A stretch of 64,000 bases of DNA from an uncultured Fibrobacterota bacterium (GTDB lineage: Bacteria; Fibrobacterota; Chitinivibrionia; Chitinivibrionales; FEN-1185). Location: assembly GCA_963729895.1 (NCBI GenBank), contig CAVSQB010000002.1, positions 53,512 to 117,511 on the forward strand, written 5' to 3'. A model generated the notes under the pieces. That model saw only the letters and a program-made list of their open reading frames with translations, ran no database searches and was not told the DNA's origin. The position numbers were made by a program, and so were the translations under genes. The stretch's first letter is position 1; the number at the start of each line of letters is the position of its first letter. Below are positions 8,930 through 19,333 of the stretch, piece after piece.

Positions 8930-10443
8930 TGCATAAACCTCGCTAGCCTTTCCATGGAGCCCTTGCCGGCAGGCCGCGCGTCGAGCGCACTCTGGCGAAG
9001 CGCGGTGACGCTGGGGGCGCTTGTGTCAAGAAAGGGCCCGGGATACAAACCGAGCCACACGATGAGGACCGCCATAATGGCCAGCGCCGCAAGCTCGCGG
9101 CCCTTGCAGTCGGCGATGTGCGGCCGGGGCAAAGCCTCGCCCATAAAAATCCTCTGCACCATCCACAACGAATAGACAACTGCGAAAACCGTGCCTGCAA
9201 TCGGAATAACGGCAAGTGCTATGGACAACCTGAAGGTGTCGAGCAGGATAAGGACTTCCCCGACGAACGTCCCCAGCCCGGGCAGGCCCATGAGCGCAAG
9301 GGCGAACACGACGGTGAACCCGCCGAGCCTCGGCGCCGAGTGCCATAATCCGCCGTAGTGCGCAAGGTCCCGGCTTCCGGTCCGTTTTTCAAGCGCCGCC
9401 GCAATCATGAAAAGCGCGACCACCGTGATGCCGTGGCTTATCATCTGGAGCACAACGCCCTGCAGCGACAATTGTCCCCACACGTAAATGCCGAGCACCA
9501 CGAACCCCATATGGCTCACGCTCGTGTAGGCGATAAGGCGCTTCAGGTCGGTTTGGCCCAGCGCCATGAGTGCTCCATACACGATTGCGGCGGCGCCCAG
9601 AATCATTGCGGCTAGTGAAAACGAACTTGACGCATGGGGAAACAGCGGAAGGCAGAACCTGATGAGTCCGTAGGCGCCGGTCTTGGCCATCACGCCGGCA
9701 AGCAGGATGCTGCCCGCGAGAGGCGCCTCCCCATAGGCGTCGGGCAGCCATCCGTGGAGCGGGAACACCCCGAGCTTTACCGCAAAGGCAAGGAAAAACC
9801 CGAGCATGAGCCAGGCGCCGGCGCGATGCGACAACGCGGTATGCAAGAGCGCCGTGTAATCGAAGGTGTAGATTCCCGTTGAAGCACCGTGGATAAAATA
9901 GAGCGCCACGATGGCGATGAGGAGAAACAGGCTGCTTGCCTGCGTGAAAACGAAAAACTTGACAGCCGCCCGTACCCGGTTCTCCCCGCCCCACCCGGCA
10001 ATAAGAAAGTACATGGGCACGAGCATGAGCTCCCATGCAGTGTAAAACAGAAACAGGTCGAGCGCCATGAACACGGCCACCGTTGCCGAGATTGCCCACA
10101 TCAGGTTGAAATGGAAGAACCCCCGCCGGTCGCGCGGCTCGCTTGACGGAATAACCATCGACATGACGCCGAGGAACAGGGTGAGCAGCACCAGCAGCAG
10201 GCCCAGGCCGTCCAGGCCAAGGTGGACCGAAATCCCCATGCGCGGTATCCACGGCCATTGCACCTGCGCAAGCCACGCGCCAGATTGCGCATTTCCCCGC
10301 ACCCATACCCGGATTCCGAGGCACAGGTCAAGCGCCAGCGCCGCGAGCGATACCACGTGTGGGGCGCGGGCGTGCACGCGCGCCGCCGCCCAGGCAAGCA
10401 GCCCGCCCAGCAGCGGGATGCAGATAAGCAACGCAAGCATCAT
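8926..10443 (-). CDS. nuoM: NADH-quinone oxidoreductase subunit M
   Basis: WELMLVPMYFLI, VKLGVFPLHGWLPDA, KTGAYG, DLKRLIAYTSVSHMG. Confidence 0.95.
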   Translation of the reverse strand: MMLALLICIPLLGGLLAWAAARVHARAPHVVSLAALALDLCLGIRVWVRGNAQSGAWLAQVQWPWIPRMGISVHLGLDGLGLLLVLLTLFLGVMSMVIPSSEPRDRRGFFHFNLMWAISATVAVFMALDLFLFYTAWELMLVPMYFLIAGWGGENRVRAAVKFFVFTQASSLFLLIAIVALYFIHGASTGIYTFDYTALLHTALSHRAGAWLMLGFFLAFAVKLGVFPLHGWLPDAYGEAPLAGSILLAGVMAKTGAYGLIRFCLPLFPHASSSFSLAAMILGAAAIVYGALMALGQTDLKRLIAYTSVSHMGFVVLGIYVWGQLSLQGVVLQMISHGITVVALFMIAAALEKRTGSRDLAHYGGLWHSAPRLGGFTVVFALALMGLPGLGTFVGEVLILLDTFRLSIALAVIPIAGTVFAVVYSLWMVQRIFMGEALPRPHIADCKGRELAALAIMAVLIVWLGLYPGPFLDTSAPSVTALRQSALDARPAGKGSMERLARFMQ

Positions 10444-12326
10444 AGCAGCACCCCGATCCCGATGAGTATCACCGCACCGATGCCTACGCCGGCCGCGTAC
10501 CAGCGCACCCTGCCGGTCTGGGTCATGCTCAAAAGGTAATGCAGCGCCTCCGCCACGCGGCTCACGGCCCCAACGTAGGCGATGCTGACATCATTCCTGT
10601 TGATGCGCGACAGATATGCCACCGGTTTAACAAAACAGAATTCATACACTGCGTCGAACCCGAAGCCCGCCCGGGCAAATTGATGGACCGCCGCAAGCGC
10701 GGCAAACTTCTCGTACCCGTGCAAAACCTTCGGCCGGTGCACGTACAGGGTCCACGCAACCATGATCCCCACAACCGGGACCATCGCGGCGACGAGCGAC
10801 AGCGCAGCTTGCCGGCGGCCGAATTGTTCCGTAAGATGCGGCAGCGCCGGGACGAGGAAGTTTGCAAACAGCGACACGCTGCCGAGCCCGCGGGGCGTCT
10901 GGCAGAATCCCGCGAGCACCGAAAACAGCGCCAGAGCCGCAAGAGCAAACCCCATGGTTTTGCCCGGCCCTTTGGAACAATGCGTTCGCGCTTCGCCGAA
11001 GAACACTGCAAACAGCATGCGAAACGCATAGAGCGTTGTAATGAACGCGCCTGCCACGCCTGCCAGCCACAGCCACAGCGGGCCGTATGCGGCCGAGAGC
11101 GCCGACGACAGGATCAGGTCTTTGCTGTAAAACCCGGCCGTCACCAGGGGCAGGGCGCACAGCGAACATACCCCGATTGTAAAGGCCCAGAACGTGCCGG
11201 GCAATGCGTGACGCATGCCGCCCATCTTGAAGATATCGTGTTCCTGGTTAAGGCCGCGGATAACCACGCCGGCGCCCAGGAACAAAAGCGATTTAAAAAA
11301 CGCGTGCACCATGAAATGAAATATGGCCGCCGAAAATGCGCCAACGCCCAAAGCGAGGAACATGTAGCCGATCTGGCTCATCGTGGAATAGGCAAGGATG
11401 CGCTTGATGTCGCGTTGCGCAAGCGCGGCAAGGCCCCCGGCAAGCACGGTGACGGCGCCCACGCACGCGACGCCGAAGAGCACCGGGGGCGCGAGCTGGA
11501 ACAGCGGGTGCAGCCGCGCAATGAGGTACACGCCGGCCGTTACCATGGTGGCGGCGTGAATGAGGGCCGACACCGGCGACGGGCCCGCCATGGCATCGGG
11601 CAGCCACACCTGCAAGGGAATCTGGGCCGATTTTGCAATGGCGCCCACAAGAAACAGCGCCGCACCGGCATTCGCCACCGCCGACCCTGCGGGCCACGAT
11701 GCCGCGGCCCGCGACAGGACCTCGGGAATGGACAACGTTCCCAGCTTGTTGACAACAAGGAATATTCCCGCCAAAAGCGCCGCGTCGCCCACACGCGTGA
11801 CCAAGAACGCTTTGCGCGCGGCCGCCACATTCCTGGGGACCTTGTACCAGAACCCGATGAGCAGGAAACTGCACAGGCCTACGCCTTCCCAGCCCAGATA
11901 CATGCACACGAGATCGTTTGCCAGAACCAGAACCAGCATTGCACCCACAAACAGGTCCATGTAGGCGAAGAAACGTCCATACCCTTCCTCGCCCCGCATG
12001 AATTCCGACGAGTAAAGCAGGATAAGAAATGCAACCGTCAGGATCACGCATATCGAAACAAGCGAGAGCGGATCGAGGCACAGCGACACCGTGGGGGAAA
12101 ACGGCGGCACCGACATCCACGCCCAGAGCGTTTGCGTGAACTGCCGGCCCTGCGGCGGTGAAATCACAAATGACGCTCCCAGCGCCAGCGACAGCGCCGC
12201 GGATATTCCGACGGTTCCCGCGCCGACAAGCGCGACCGACCGGGAGGGCATGCGCGATCCGGCAAGCGCAAGCGCCGCGAATCCGGCGAGCGGCAAGGCT
12301 ATCACGATCCACAGGCAGTTGAGCAT
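10440..12326 (-). CDS. nuoL: NADH-quinone oxidoreductase subunit L
   Basis: GWEGVGLCSFLLIGFW, KSAQIPLQVWLPDAMAGPSPVSALIHAATMVTAG, HAFFKSLLFL. Confidence 0.95.
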   Translation of the reverse strand: MLNCLWIVIALPLAGFAALALAGSRMPSRSVALVGAGTVGISAALSLALGASFVISPPQGRQFTQTLWAWMSVPPFSPTVSLCLDPLSLVSICVILTVAFLILLYSSEFMRGEEGYGRFFAYMDLFVGAMLVLVLANDLVCMYLGWEGVGLCSFLLIGFWYKVPRNVAAARKAFLVTRVGDAALLAGIFLVVNKLGTLSIPEVLSRAAASWPAGSAVANAGAALFLVGAIAKSAQIPLQVWLPDAMAGPSPVSALIHAATMVTAGVYLIARLHPLFQLAPPVLFGVACVGAVTVLAGGLAALAQRDIKRILAYSTMSQIGYMFLALGVGAFSAAIFHFMVHAFFKSLLFLGAGVVIRGLNQEHDIFKMGGMRHALPGTFWAFTIGVCSLCALPLVTAGFYSKDLILSSALSAAYGPLWLWLAGVAGAFITTLYAFRMLFAVFFGEARTHCSKGPGKTMGFALAALALFSVLAGFCQTPRGLGSVSLFANFLVPALPHLTEQFGRRQAALSLVAAMVPVVGIMVAWTLYVHRPKVLHGYEKFAALAAVHQFARAGFGFDAVYEFCFVKPVAYLSRINRNDVSIAYVGAVSRVAEALHYLLSMTQTGRVRWYAAGVGIGAVILIGIGVLL

Positions 12327-12327
12327 G

Positions 12328-12636
12328 TTATCCCTTCATCGACCCGGCCGCATCGATGTCGAGCGATTTTGCCAGGCGGCTCTGGCGAAGCACGAGCGCG
12401 AGCCCTATGGAAACCTCGACTGCCGCAGCCGCAAGGATAAACAGGAACATGATCTGGCCGTCGGGCGCGAGCCAGCGCGACCCTGCGGCGACAAACGCGA
12501 GTCCGGCGGCATTGAGCATGATTTCCGCGGACAGGAGCACCAGTATCATATTGCGGCGGGTTATCACACCCGAAAGCCCTACGGCAAACAGCACTCCAGA
12601 AAGCAGCAGTGCATGACTAAGCGGGACCGTCGTCAT
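12328..12636 (-). CDS. nuoK: NADH-quinone oxidoreductase subunit K
   Basis: RRNMILVLLSAEIMLNAA, GQIMFLF..AAVEVSIGLA, ends MKG. Confidence 0.95.
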   Translation of the reverse strand: MTTVPLSHALLLSGVLFAVGLSGVITRRNMILVLLSAEIMLNAAGLAFVAAGSRWLAPDGQIMFLFILAAAAVEVSIGLALVLRQSRLAKSLDIDAAGSMKG

Positions 12637-13150
12637 CGGAGGCTCCTTTCGTATTCAGGGACGCGCCGGACCGCTTTCCCAGATAATAGGCGCCTACAAG
12701 CCCGGCCAGAAGCAGCATGGAGGCAAGCTCCACGCCCAGAAGGTAGGTGCCGAACAAGGTGAGGCCCACCTGCGCAGGCGGCACCGGAAGGTTTCCGGTT
12801 TGCGCCCTGCTGACGGAGAAAGTCCAGGCGAGCTCGGCCAGCAGAACAAGGGACAACAGGCCCGACCCTATCCACACGATGCGCGGCTGCCACTGCCGTT
12901 CTCTTTGCACGGCGTGCGCGCCCAGGTTGAGAAGCATGATGGCAAACATGAACAGCACCATGATGGCGCCCGCATAGGTGATGACCTCGAGCGCGGCAAT
13001 GAACGGCGCTCCCAGCGTGTAGAATACCAGCGAAACGGACACGAACGACACCACGAGAAACAGGATGGCGTGGATGGCGTGGCTGCGCGAAACCGCGGCA
13101 ATGCTTGACACAATCGCAATCGCCGCGGCAACGTAGAAGAGGATGTTCAT
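12617..13150 (-). CDS. nuoJ: NADH-quinone oxidoreductase subunit J
   Basis: LGAPFIAALEVITYAGAIMVLF, YLLGVELASMLLLAGLVGA. Confidence 0.95.
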   Translation of the reverse strand: MNILFYVAAAIAIVSSIAAVSRSHAIHAILFLVVSFVSVSLVFYTLGAPFIAALEVITYAGAIMVLFMFAIMLLNLGAHAVQRERQWQPRIVWIGSGLLSLVLLAELAWTFSVSRAQTGNLPVPPAQVGLTLFGTYLLGVELASMLLLAGLVGAYYLGKRSGASLNTKGASDDDGPA

Positions 13151-13189
13151 GGACGGTGCCCATTTCTATTATTGAACCAAAAGACATCA

Positions 13190-13270
13190 CCACGGAGACA
13201 CAGAGAGCACGGAGAAAAGAGTGCCGAGGGAACTCTTTTCGCTTTCTCTGTGTCCCTCGTGTCTCCGTGG
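13190..13270. repeat. Long imperfect palindrome (REP-like) between nuoI and nuoJ
   Basis: CCACGGAGACAC (13190-13201) / GTGTCTCCGTGG (13259-13270) perfect 12-bp arms, extended by further imperfect pairing and an inner AAAAGAGT/ACTCTTTT stem. Confidence 0.85.
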
Positions 13271-13311
13271 CAAACTTCATTTATTCCTTATTGCGGCGAA
13301 CGAATCCTCGG

Positions 13312-13827
13312 TCAATCCGCCAGGCCGCGCACATCAATCGGCGGCTGCTCGTTTTCCCCTTCTCCCTTGCCTTTGCCGCCGATGCTCACGCCCGCAACCC
13401 GGTAAAAATTATACCCGTGGTATTTTCCCTGGCCGCTTATGAGCAGGTCTTCCTTCTCGTATACAAGGTTTTGCCGGTTGTATTCGCTCATTTCGTAATC
13501 GGGCGTGAGCTGGATGGCATACGTGGGACACGCCTCCTCGCAATAGCCGCAGAAGATGCAGCGCGAAAAATTTATCCTGAAGAATTCCGGGTACCGCCTG
13601 CCTGTTTCGTCTTCCCCACATTGCAGTGCGATGCACGAGACCGGGCAGGCCGCAGAGCACAAATAACAGCCTACGCAACGCTCTTTTCCGTCCGGGTCGC
13701 GCGTGAGCACTATCCGGCCGCGCCACCGCGGTGCACAATACGCCTTGTTCTCGGGATACTCGATGGTGGCCCGTTTCTTGAACGCATGCAAGAATACGGC
13801 CCACAGCGCCTTGACTAATGCAATCAT
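13312..13827 (-). CDS. nuoI: NADH-quinone oxidoreductase subunit I
   Basis: [12 protein letters not shown] and [12 protein letters not shown] [4Fe-4S] motifs; start ATG 13827 (ATGA overlap with nuoH stop). Confidence 0.95.
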   Translation of the reverse strand: MIALVKALWAVFLHAFKKRATIEYPENKAYCAPRWRGRIVLTRDPDGKERCVGCYLCSAACPVSCIALQCGEDETGRRYPEFFRINFSRCIFCGYCEEACPTYAIQLTPDYEMSEYNRQNLVYEKEDLLISGQGKYHGYNFYRVAGVSIGGKGKGEGENEQPPIDVRGLAD

Positions 13828-14783
13828 CGTCCTCCCCGCGCCAGCACCACGGCGGCGGTGACAAGTAGATTTACAAGCGACAGCGGCAGCAGCACTTTCC
13901 ACCCGAACGACATAAGCTGGTCGTAGCGGGGACGCATGAGGGTTGCGCGGCACAACACGAAGAAGCACACAAAGAACACGGTCTTGATGCAAAACCACAC
14001 CACGCCGGGCAGCCACGGGCCAAGCCATCCGCCGAAGAACAGGACCGTAATGAGCGACGACACCAGCACGATGCCCACGTATTCTCCCACGTAAAACATG
14101 CCGAACTTCATACCCGAGTATTCGGTGTGGTAACCGGCGACAAGCTCGTTTTCGGTTTCCGGAAGGTCAAGCGGCAACCGCCTGGTCTCCGCGAACCCTG
14201 CAATAAGAAAGATCGCCAGTCCCGCCGCCTGCGGTACGCAGAACCACAGGGCACGCTGCGCCAGCACGATTTCGCGTAAGTTAAACGACCCGGCGCACAT
14301 CACCACGCCCATGAGCGACAATCCCATAAAGACCTCGTACCCGAACATCTGGCCCGCAGCCCGCAGCGCGCCGAGAAGCGGGTACTTGCTGTTGGACGAC
14401 CATCCCGCCATCACAACACTGTACACCCCCATGGCCGACATGGCGAGAAAGAAGAGCAGTCCCACGTTGAGATCGGCCACTACGATGCCCGGGCCGAAAC
14501 AGATCACGGCGAACGAAAGCAGCGTGGTCGTCATGATGATCATGGGCGCAAGCACGAAAATTGCCTTGTCGGCAAAGGGCGGGACCCAATCTTCCTTTGT
14601 CAATATTTTGATGACATCGGCCGCAACCTGGGCCAGGCCAAGCGGCCCCACGCGGTTGGGGCCCAGGCGGTCTTGCCATAACGCAAGCAGCCTGCGCTCG
14701 CCCCATATCAATAGCGATGCGGCGGTAAGGACCGCACCAAGCACTCCGGCGATTGTGCACACCGTCACAAGCGCGTCACTCAT
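13824..14783 (-). CDS. nuoH: NADH-quinone oxidoreductase subunit H
   Basis: [52 protein letters not shown]; start ATG 14783 overlapping nuoG stop. Confidence 0.95.
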   Translation of the reverse strand: MSDALVTVCTIAGVLGAVLTAASLLIWGERRLLALWQDRLGPNRVGPLGLAQVAADVIKILTKEDWVPPFADKAIFVLAPMIIMTTTLLSFAVICFGPGIVVADLNVGLLFFLAMSAMGVYSVVMAGWSSNSKYPLLGALRAAGQMFGYEVFMGLSLMGVVMCAGSFNLREIVLAQRALWFCVPQAAGLAIFLIAGFAETRRLPLDLPETENELVAGYHTEYSGMKFGMFYVGEYVGIVLVSSLITVLFFGGWLGPWLPGVVWFCIKTVFFVCFFVLCRATLMRPRYDQLMSFGWKVLLPLSLVNLLVTAAVVLARGGR

Positions 14784-17464
14784 TGCGCCTCCGCCTTGCG
14801 AACCCGCAACCATTGGGGCAGGTCCACGCCTCGGGTTTCGGGCCGACCCGCCGACATGGCCGCACTTCCCTGCGTTACCCACGGCCTGATGACCGCGACG
14901 CACCTGCACGATACAGCGCCGCCGGCCGCTTCCACCACGTCGTTTTCCCCAATGGAAAGTTTTGCCGCATCGGCCGGGTTGAGCGCAATGAGCGCAGGAC
15001 GCGCAAGGCCGGCGACGGGGGGCGACAGCATGCTGAGCTCTTCCGATCCGAAGATGTGATGCATCGGCACAACCAGCCATTCGGCCTGGCGGGGTTCAAA
15101 TACCTCGGCGGCGGCACTATGGTAGCGTTCCTCTGCGCCGGGTCCTTTGACAAACGACCCTCTTCGTACAGTCTTATACTTGAAGGCGGCCTGGACCGAA
15201 TTGATTCCGGGCGACCAATATCTCGCAACCAGCGATTCCTCGTGGGGCGCCTGAATTCCTTCGTGCGAGAACGACAAAGCGGAATCAGGATCGGCGGGAT
15301 TCGGCTGTTCGGCAACAGACTCGTGCGCATGCACCGCGGCGCGTCCGCTTGCGCGAAAACTCTGGCGCGCAATTCTTTGTCCCTTCTCCAGAAACGAGGC
15401 ATCGGGCGCCGCCGCGCGCATGCCGGCAAGGTCCGGTATTCGACGCGCCGCATCGTTTATGACATCGTCGAGCGTCGCCCAACCTCGCGCTTCGGGCCGC
15501 GCAACCGCCAGGATGTCGCGAACCCACCGGTAACCCGGGGCGATGCCGCCCTTGGGCGCAAGCGCGCCGAAGAAACGCTGAAACCTTCCCTCGTTGTTGA
15601 CAAGCGTGCCGGTCGCCTCCGCGAACGTGGCGGCGGGAAGCACGATATCGGCCTTCTGCGCTGTAGCCGTAAGCGTGTGGTCGATAACGATCACGCCGCC
15701 CGGCCGTGCGAGCAGCGCGTCGGCCAGCGCCCGATCGCACCGCCGGTACAAATCGGCTTCCAGCACGATGAGGGGCCCCGCGTTCTCCCGTTTTGCGAGT
15801 TTGAGCGCGGCAGCCGCATGGCCCCCCGCCAGCAACGAACAGCCGAAGCTGTTGCATTCGGAAAGCGCCATGCAAAGCCGGGCGGTTTTGTTTACTTTGT
15901 GTAATGCGGAGGCAACGTTGGCGGCGGCCCGGACAACGGACACGCTGCCGCTTCCCGCGCCCGACACCACCGCCGGGTTGGCAGCGTGTGCAAGGTCCCG
16001 GGCGATTTTTTGAGCCAGCTCCTCCATCTCGGGCGAAAGTCCCTGGGGCGCAGGAGCGCTGCCGTCGAGCGCGTGGGCGACGGCAAACCCGAGCCGGGCG
16101 ATATCCCCGGGCGGCGCGCACAACACCGTCGTCGCAATGTCGTCAAGTTTGGTTGGAGCCGGCGTGGCAGTAATGATGACCGGCCGGACGTCAGCGCCCG
16201 CTTCGCGCAATGCGGAATCGTTCCACGATTCAATGCCGAGAGCATTTGCGTGCGTCAAGGCCGCGTTGCGGCCGGCCCGGCGTACAGCGAGCGCAAGCAG
16301 GGGTGCGGTGTTGGTAAGATCTTCTCCCAGAATAAGGACCGCCCCCGCCTGCGCCACGTCGAGAAGCGACGCCCTGCGCGCGGGAGTGCCCCTGAGGGCC
16401 TGCACGATTTCGGAGGTCAGCAGGCGGTCCGGTTCCGATTCGGCCATAAAGAACCGCTCCGGCCCCACCAGCTCGCGCAAGGCAAAATTCGATTCGAGCG
16501 AGGCGCGGCCCGATCCGATGCCGACGGCGCCCCCCAAGGAGACAAGCTCGGCGGCCTGCCTGATGGCGGCTGCGCGGTCCACCGGTTCAAGCGTCTGGTT
16601 CCTTCCCTTTCTGGCAAGCGGCATGCGTACGCGGAGAGGCCCGTTGACGAATTCGTATCCGAACCGTCCGCGGTCGCACAGGAAGTACCCGTTGACGTCC
16701 TCGTTGTATCGGTTGAGAATGCGCCGCAGCACGCCCGACCGCTCGCCCGCAAAGGTGTTGCAGCCGAGGCTGCAATGCACGCACACCGACGGCGCGGAGG
16801 CCAGGTCCCATTTGCGGGTAAAGTGGGCGCGGAATGTCTTATCTGTAAATACGCCGGTTGGACACACCTCAACCAGGTTGCCCGAAAATTCGCTCTCCAG
16901 CACGCCGCTTTCGTGCCTGCCGAAGTATACCGAGTCGTGCCATCCGAACACCTCAAGGTCTTTGCCGCCCGCATAATCGCGGTAAAACCTCACGCACCGG
17001 TAACAGGCTATGCACCGGTTCATTTCGTGGTGCACGAACGGCCCCAGGTCCTGGTTGGCGTGCGTGCGCTTTTTGAACCGGTGCTCGCGGTAGGCGTGGC
17101 CGGTGAGCACGGTCATGTCCTGCAAATGGCATTCGCCCCCCTCGTCGCACACCGGGCAGTCGTGCGGGTGGTTGGCCATGAGGAAGGCGATCACCTCGGC
17201 GCGGAACTCGCGTGCTTCCTTATCGTCAATTGATATGCGCATACCGTCCCGCGCCGCCGTCATGCACGACATCACGATGCTCCCCTTGCAATCGTTTTGG
17301 TCCTTGAACAATTTGACCGCGCATTGCCTGCAAGCGCCCACCGAATGCATGGCCGGGTGCCAGCAGAAGTAGGGAATGGAGAATCCGAGCTCCAGGCACG
17401 TGTGCAGGAGGTTGCGGCCTTCGGCGAATTCGTAGGGTTTGTCGTCGACGTAAAGAGTCGCCAT
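14780..17464 (-). CDS. nuoG: NADH-quinone oxidoreductase subunit G (long form with N7 cluster motif)
   Basis: CWHP..GACRQC (N1b), HPHDCPVCDEGGEC (N5), CIACYRC..CP (N4), CVHCSLGC..C (N7); about 895 aa. Confidence 0.95.
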   Translation of the reverse strand: MATLYVDDKPYEFAEGRNLLHTCLELGFSIPYFCWHPAMHSVGACRQCAVKLFKDQNDCKGSIVMSCMTAARDGMRISIDDKEAREFRAEVIAFLMANHPHDCPVCDEGGECHLQDMTVLTGHAYREHRFKKRTHANQDLGPFVHHEMNRCIACYRCVRFYRDYAGGKDLEVFGWHDSVYFGRHESGVLESEFSGNLVEVCPTGVFTDKTFRAHFTRKWDLASAPSVCVHCSLGCNTFAGERSGVLRRILNRYNEDVNGYFLCDRGRFGYEFVNGPLRVRMPLARKGRNQTLEPVDRAAAIRQAAELVSLGGAVGIGSGRASLESNFALRELVGPERFFMAESEPDRLLTSEIVQALRGTPARRASLLDVAQAGAVLILGEDLTNTAPLLALAVRRAGRNAALTHANALGIESWNDSALREAGADVRPVIITATPAPTKLDDIATTVLCAPPGDIARLGFAVAHALDGSAPAPQGLSPEMEELAQKIARDLAHAANPAVVSGAGSGSVSVVRAAANVASALHKVNKTARLCMALSECNSFGCSLLAGGHAAAALKLAKRENAGPLIVLEADLYRRCDRALADALLARPGGVIVIDHTLTATAQKADIVLPAATFAEATGTLVNNEGRFQRFFGALAPKGGIAPGYRWVRDILAVARPEARGWATLDDVINDAARRIPDLAGMRAAAPDASFLEKGQRIARQSFRASGRAAVHAHESVAEQPNPADPDSALSFSHEGIQAPHEESLVARYWSPGINSVQAAFKYKTVRRGSFVKGPGAEERYHSAAAEVFEPRQAEWLVVPMHHIFGSEELSMLSPPVAGLARPALIALNPADAAKLSIGENDVVEAAGGAVSCRCVAVIRPWVTQGSAAMSAGRPETRGVDLPQWLRVRKAEAQ

Positions 17465-17524
17465 CACAATGATTCCGGTTTAGAGATGATGCGGCCGCCA
17501 GGGGGCCGGTATATCCTCGGTTGT

Positions 17525-18811
17525 TTATCGGTCACGTTTGTACGGGCACCGCTTTTCCGCAATGTGCCGTTCGAAATCTTCACGAAAGTACTTGAGCGCG
17601 CTTTGCAGCGGTTCCACCGCGCCCGGCGCCAAAGCGCAGAACGTGCGCCCGGGCCCCAGCAGTCTGCAATGGAGTTCGAGCCTGTCAAGGTCTTGGGGCC
17701 GCCCCTTTCCACGCTCGATGTCGTCGAGAATGTTGCGCGTCCAGGGCAGTCCGTCGCGACACGGCGTGCACCAGCCGCACGATTCGCGTGCGAAGAACGA
17801 GACAAGGTTGTGCACCATCGCAACGGGGCACGTGCGGTCGTCAAGCACGATGACGGTTCCGGTCCCCAACCTGCTCCCGGCGCCTTGCAGGGCGTCGAAA
17901 TCCATGGGAATATCGAGGTGCTTGTCTGTCAAGAAATCGGTGGATGCGCCGCCCGGCAAGAAGCCGCGCAGGTTGTATCCGCTTGTCATGCCGCCGGCGT
18001 GTTTTTCGATCAGCTCGCGCGCGGTGGTACCCATGGGCAGCTCCCAAAGGCCGGGCGCACGCACCCTGCCGCTTGCACCGTACAGCTTGGTACCGCCGTC
18101 GCCGGTTTTCGACAGCGCCTTGAACCATGCGGCGCCGGCGGCAAGAATCGGCGGCACGTTGCACACGGTTTCCACATTGTTAACAACCGTCGGCCTGCCG
18201 CACAGCCCCACCACCTGCGGAAACGGCGGCTTGCTGCGCGGAGACGCGCGTTTGCCAGCCAGCGCGTTGAGCAGGCCGGTCTCCTCCCCGCACATGTACC
18301 TGCCGAAACTTGTATGCACATGAACGCGGGCGCAGAACCGTGATCCCAGAATGTTGTCGCCGATGTACCCGCGAGCCTGCGCTTCGGCAATCGCTGTTGT
18401 CAACCTTTGCGCCGCTTTTTTGTAGGCCCACCGCACGAACAGGTACACCGTATCGGCCTGGATTGCGAACGCCGCGGCAAGCGCGCCTTCCAGGACCAGG
18501 TGCGGGTTGCGTTCGAGAAGCAGCCTGTCCTTGAACGCGCCCGGCTCCATTTCGTCGGCATTGACGACCAGGAATGCCGCACCGTTTCTCTTGTCCGGCG
18601 GCGGTACAAAACTCCATTTCTTCCCTGTTGGAAAACCGGCGCCTCCCCTGCCTTTGAGGTTCGATTCGGTGACCGCGGCCACCACCTCTCCGGGCGTCAT
18701 TGCGGTGACGGCCGTGCGCAGCGCCGCGTATCCGCCCGCGTCCTGGTATTCGTCAATCGACAGGGCTTCGCCGGTCGCTTTCATGGCATGGGTAAGCGGC
18801 AAATGGACCAT
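17525..18811 (-). CDS. nuoF: NADH-quinone oxidoreductase subunit F
   Basis: GRGGAGFPTG, NADEMEPG..KDR, YMCGEET, ESCGWCTPCRDG. Confidence 0.95.
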   Translation of the reverse strand: MVHLPLTHAMKATGEALSIDEYQDAGGYAALRTAVTAMTPGEVVAAVTESNLKGRGGAGFPTGKKWSFVPPPDKRNGAAFLVVNADEMEPGAFKDRLLLERNPHLVLEGALAAAFAIQADTVYLFVRWAYKKAAQRLTTAIAEAQARGYIGDNILGSRFCARVHVHTSFGRYMCGEETGLLNALAGKRASPRSKPPFPQVVGLCGRPTVVNNVETVCNVPPILAAGAAWFKALSKTGDGGTKLYGASGRVRAPGLWELPMGTTARELIEKHAGGMTSGYNLRGFLPGGASTDFLTDKHLDIPMDFDALQGAGSRLGTGTVIVLDDRTCPVAMVHNLVSFFARESCGWCTPCRDGLPWTRNILDDIERGKGRPQDLDRLELHCRLLGPGRTFCALAPGAVEPLQSALKYFREDFERHIAEKRCPYKRDR

Positions 18812-19323
18812 TAGAGTGCGCGCCCTGTTGCGTCCGGGGAAGGCGCCGTGCGCGCATTCCTGTAACGGTCGATCACTTCGTCAATGCTTTGCCGCGTGAG
18901 GTCGCCGAAAAGTTCCCCGTCGACCATCATGGCGGGCGCATGGTCGCAGGCGCCGAGGCACGCGGACGGCAGGAGCGTAAACATTCCGTCCTTGGTTGTT
19001 TGCCCAAAGGCGGAAATCTCCAGCTTTGTCAACAAATGGTTGAGCAGGTATTCATAGTCCATAATCCAGCAGCTCACGCTGTCGCACAACAGGATCACGT
19101 GCCTGCCCACAGGCGAGCGGTAGATGCGGTTGTAAAAGGTGGCGATCGAGTCGAGCTCGGCCGGGGACATGTTGAGGTGGTCCGCAACGTCTTTGAGGCT
19201 TTCGCCAGAAATCCATCCCCTTCTCCGCTGGACCACGCCCAGCGCGTGCGGCGCGACGGCGCGCACGGACGGCGCCGAACCGCATTCCGCGTTGATCGCG
19301 TCCTTTTCTTCCTGTGTCAACAT
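18811..19323 (-). CDS. nuoE: NADH-quinone oxidoreductase subunit E
   Basis: IATFY, CDSVSC, CLGACDHAP [2Fe-2S] ligands; start ATG 19323 after AAGGGG. Confidence 0.95.
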   Translation of the reverse strand: MLTQEEKDAINAECGSAPSVRAVAPHALGVVQRRRGWISGESLKDVADHLNMSPAELDSIATFYNRIYRSPVGRHVILLCDSVSCWIMDYEYLLNHLLTKLEISAFGQTTKDGMFTLLPSACLGACDHAPAMMVDGELFGDLTRQSIDEVIDRYRNARTAPSPDATGRAL

Positions 19324-19333
19324 ACGTTCCCCC

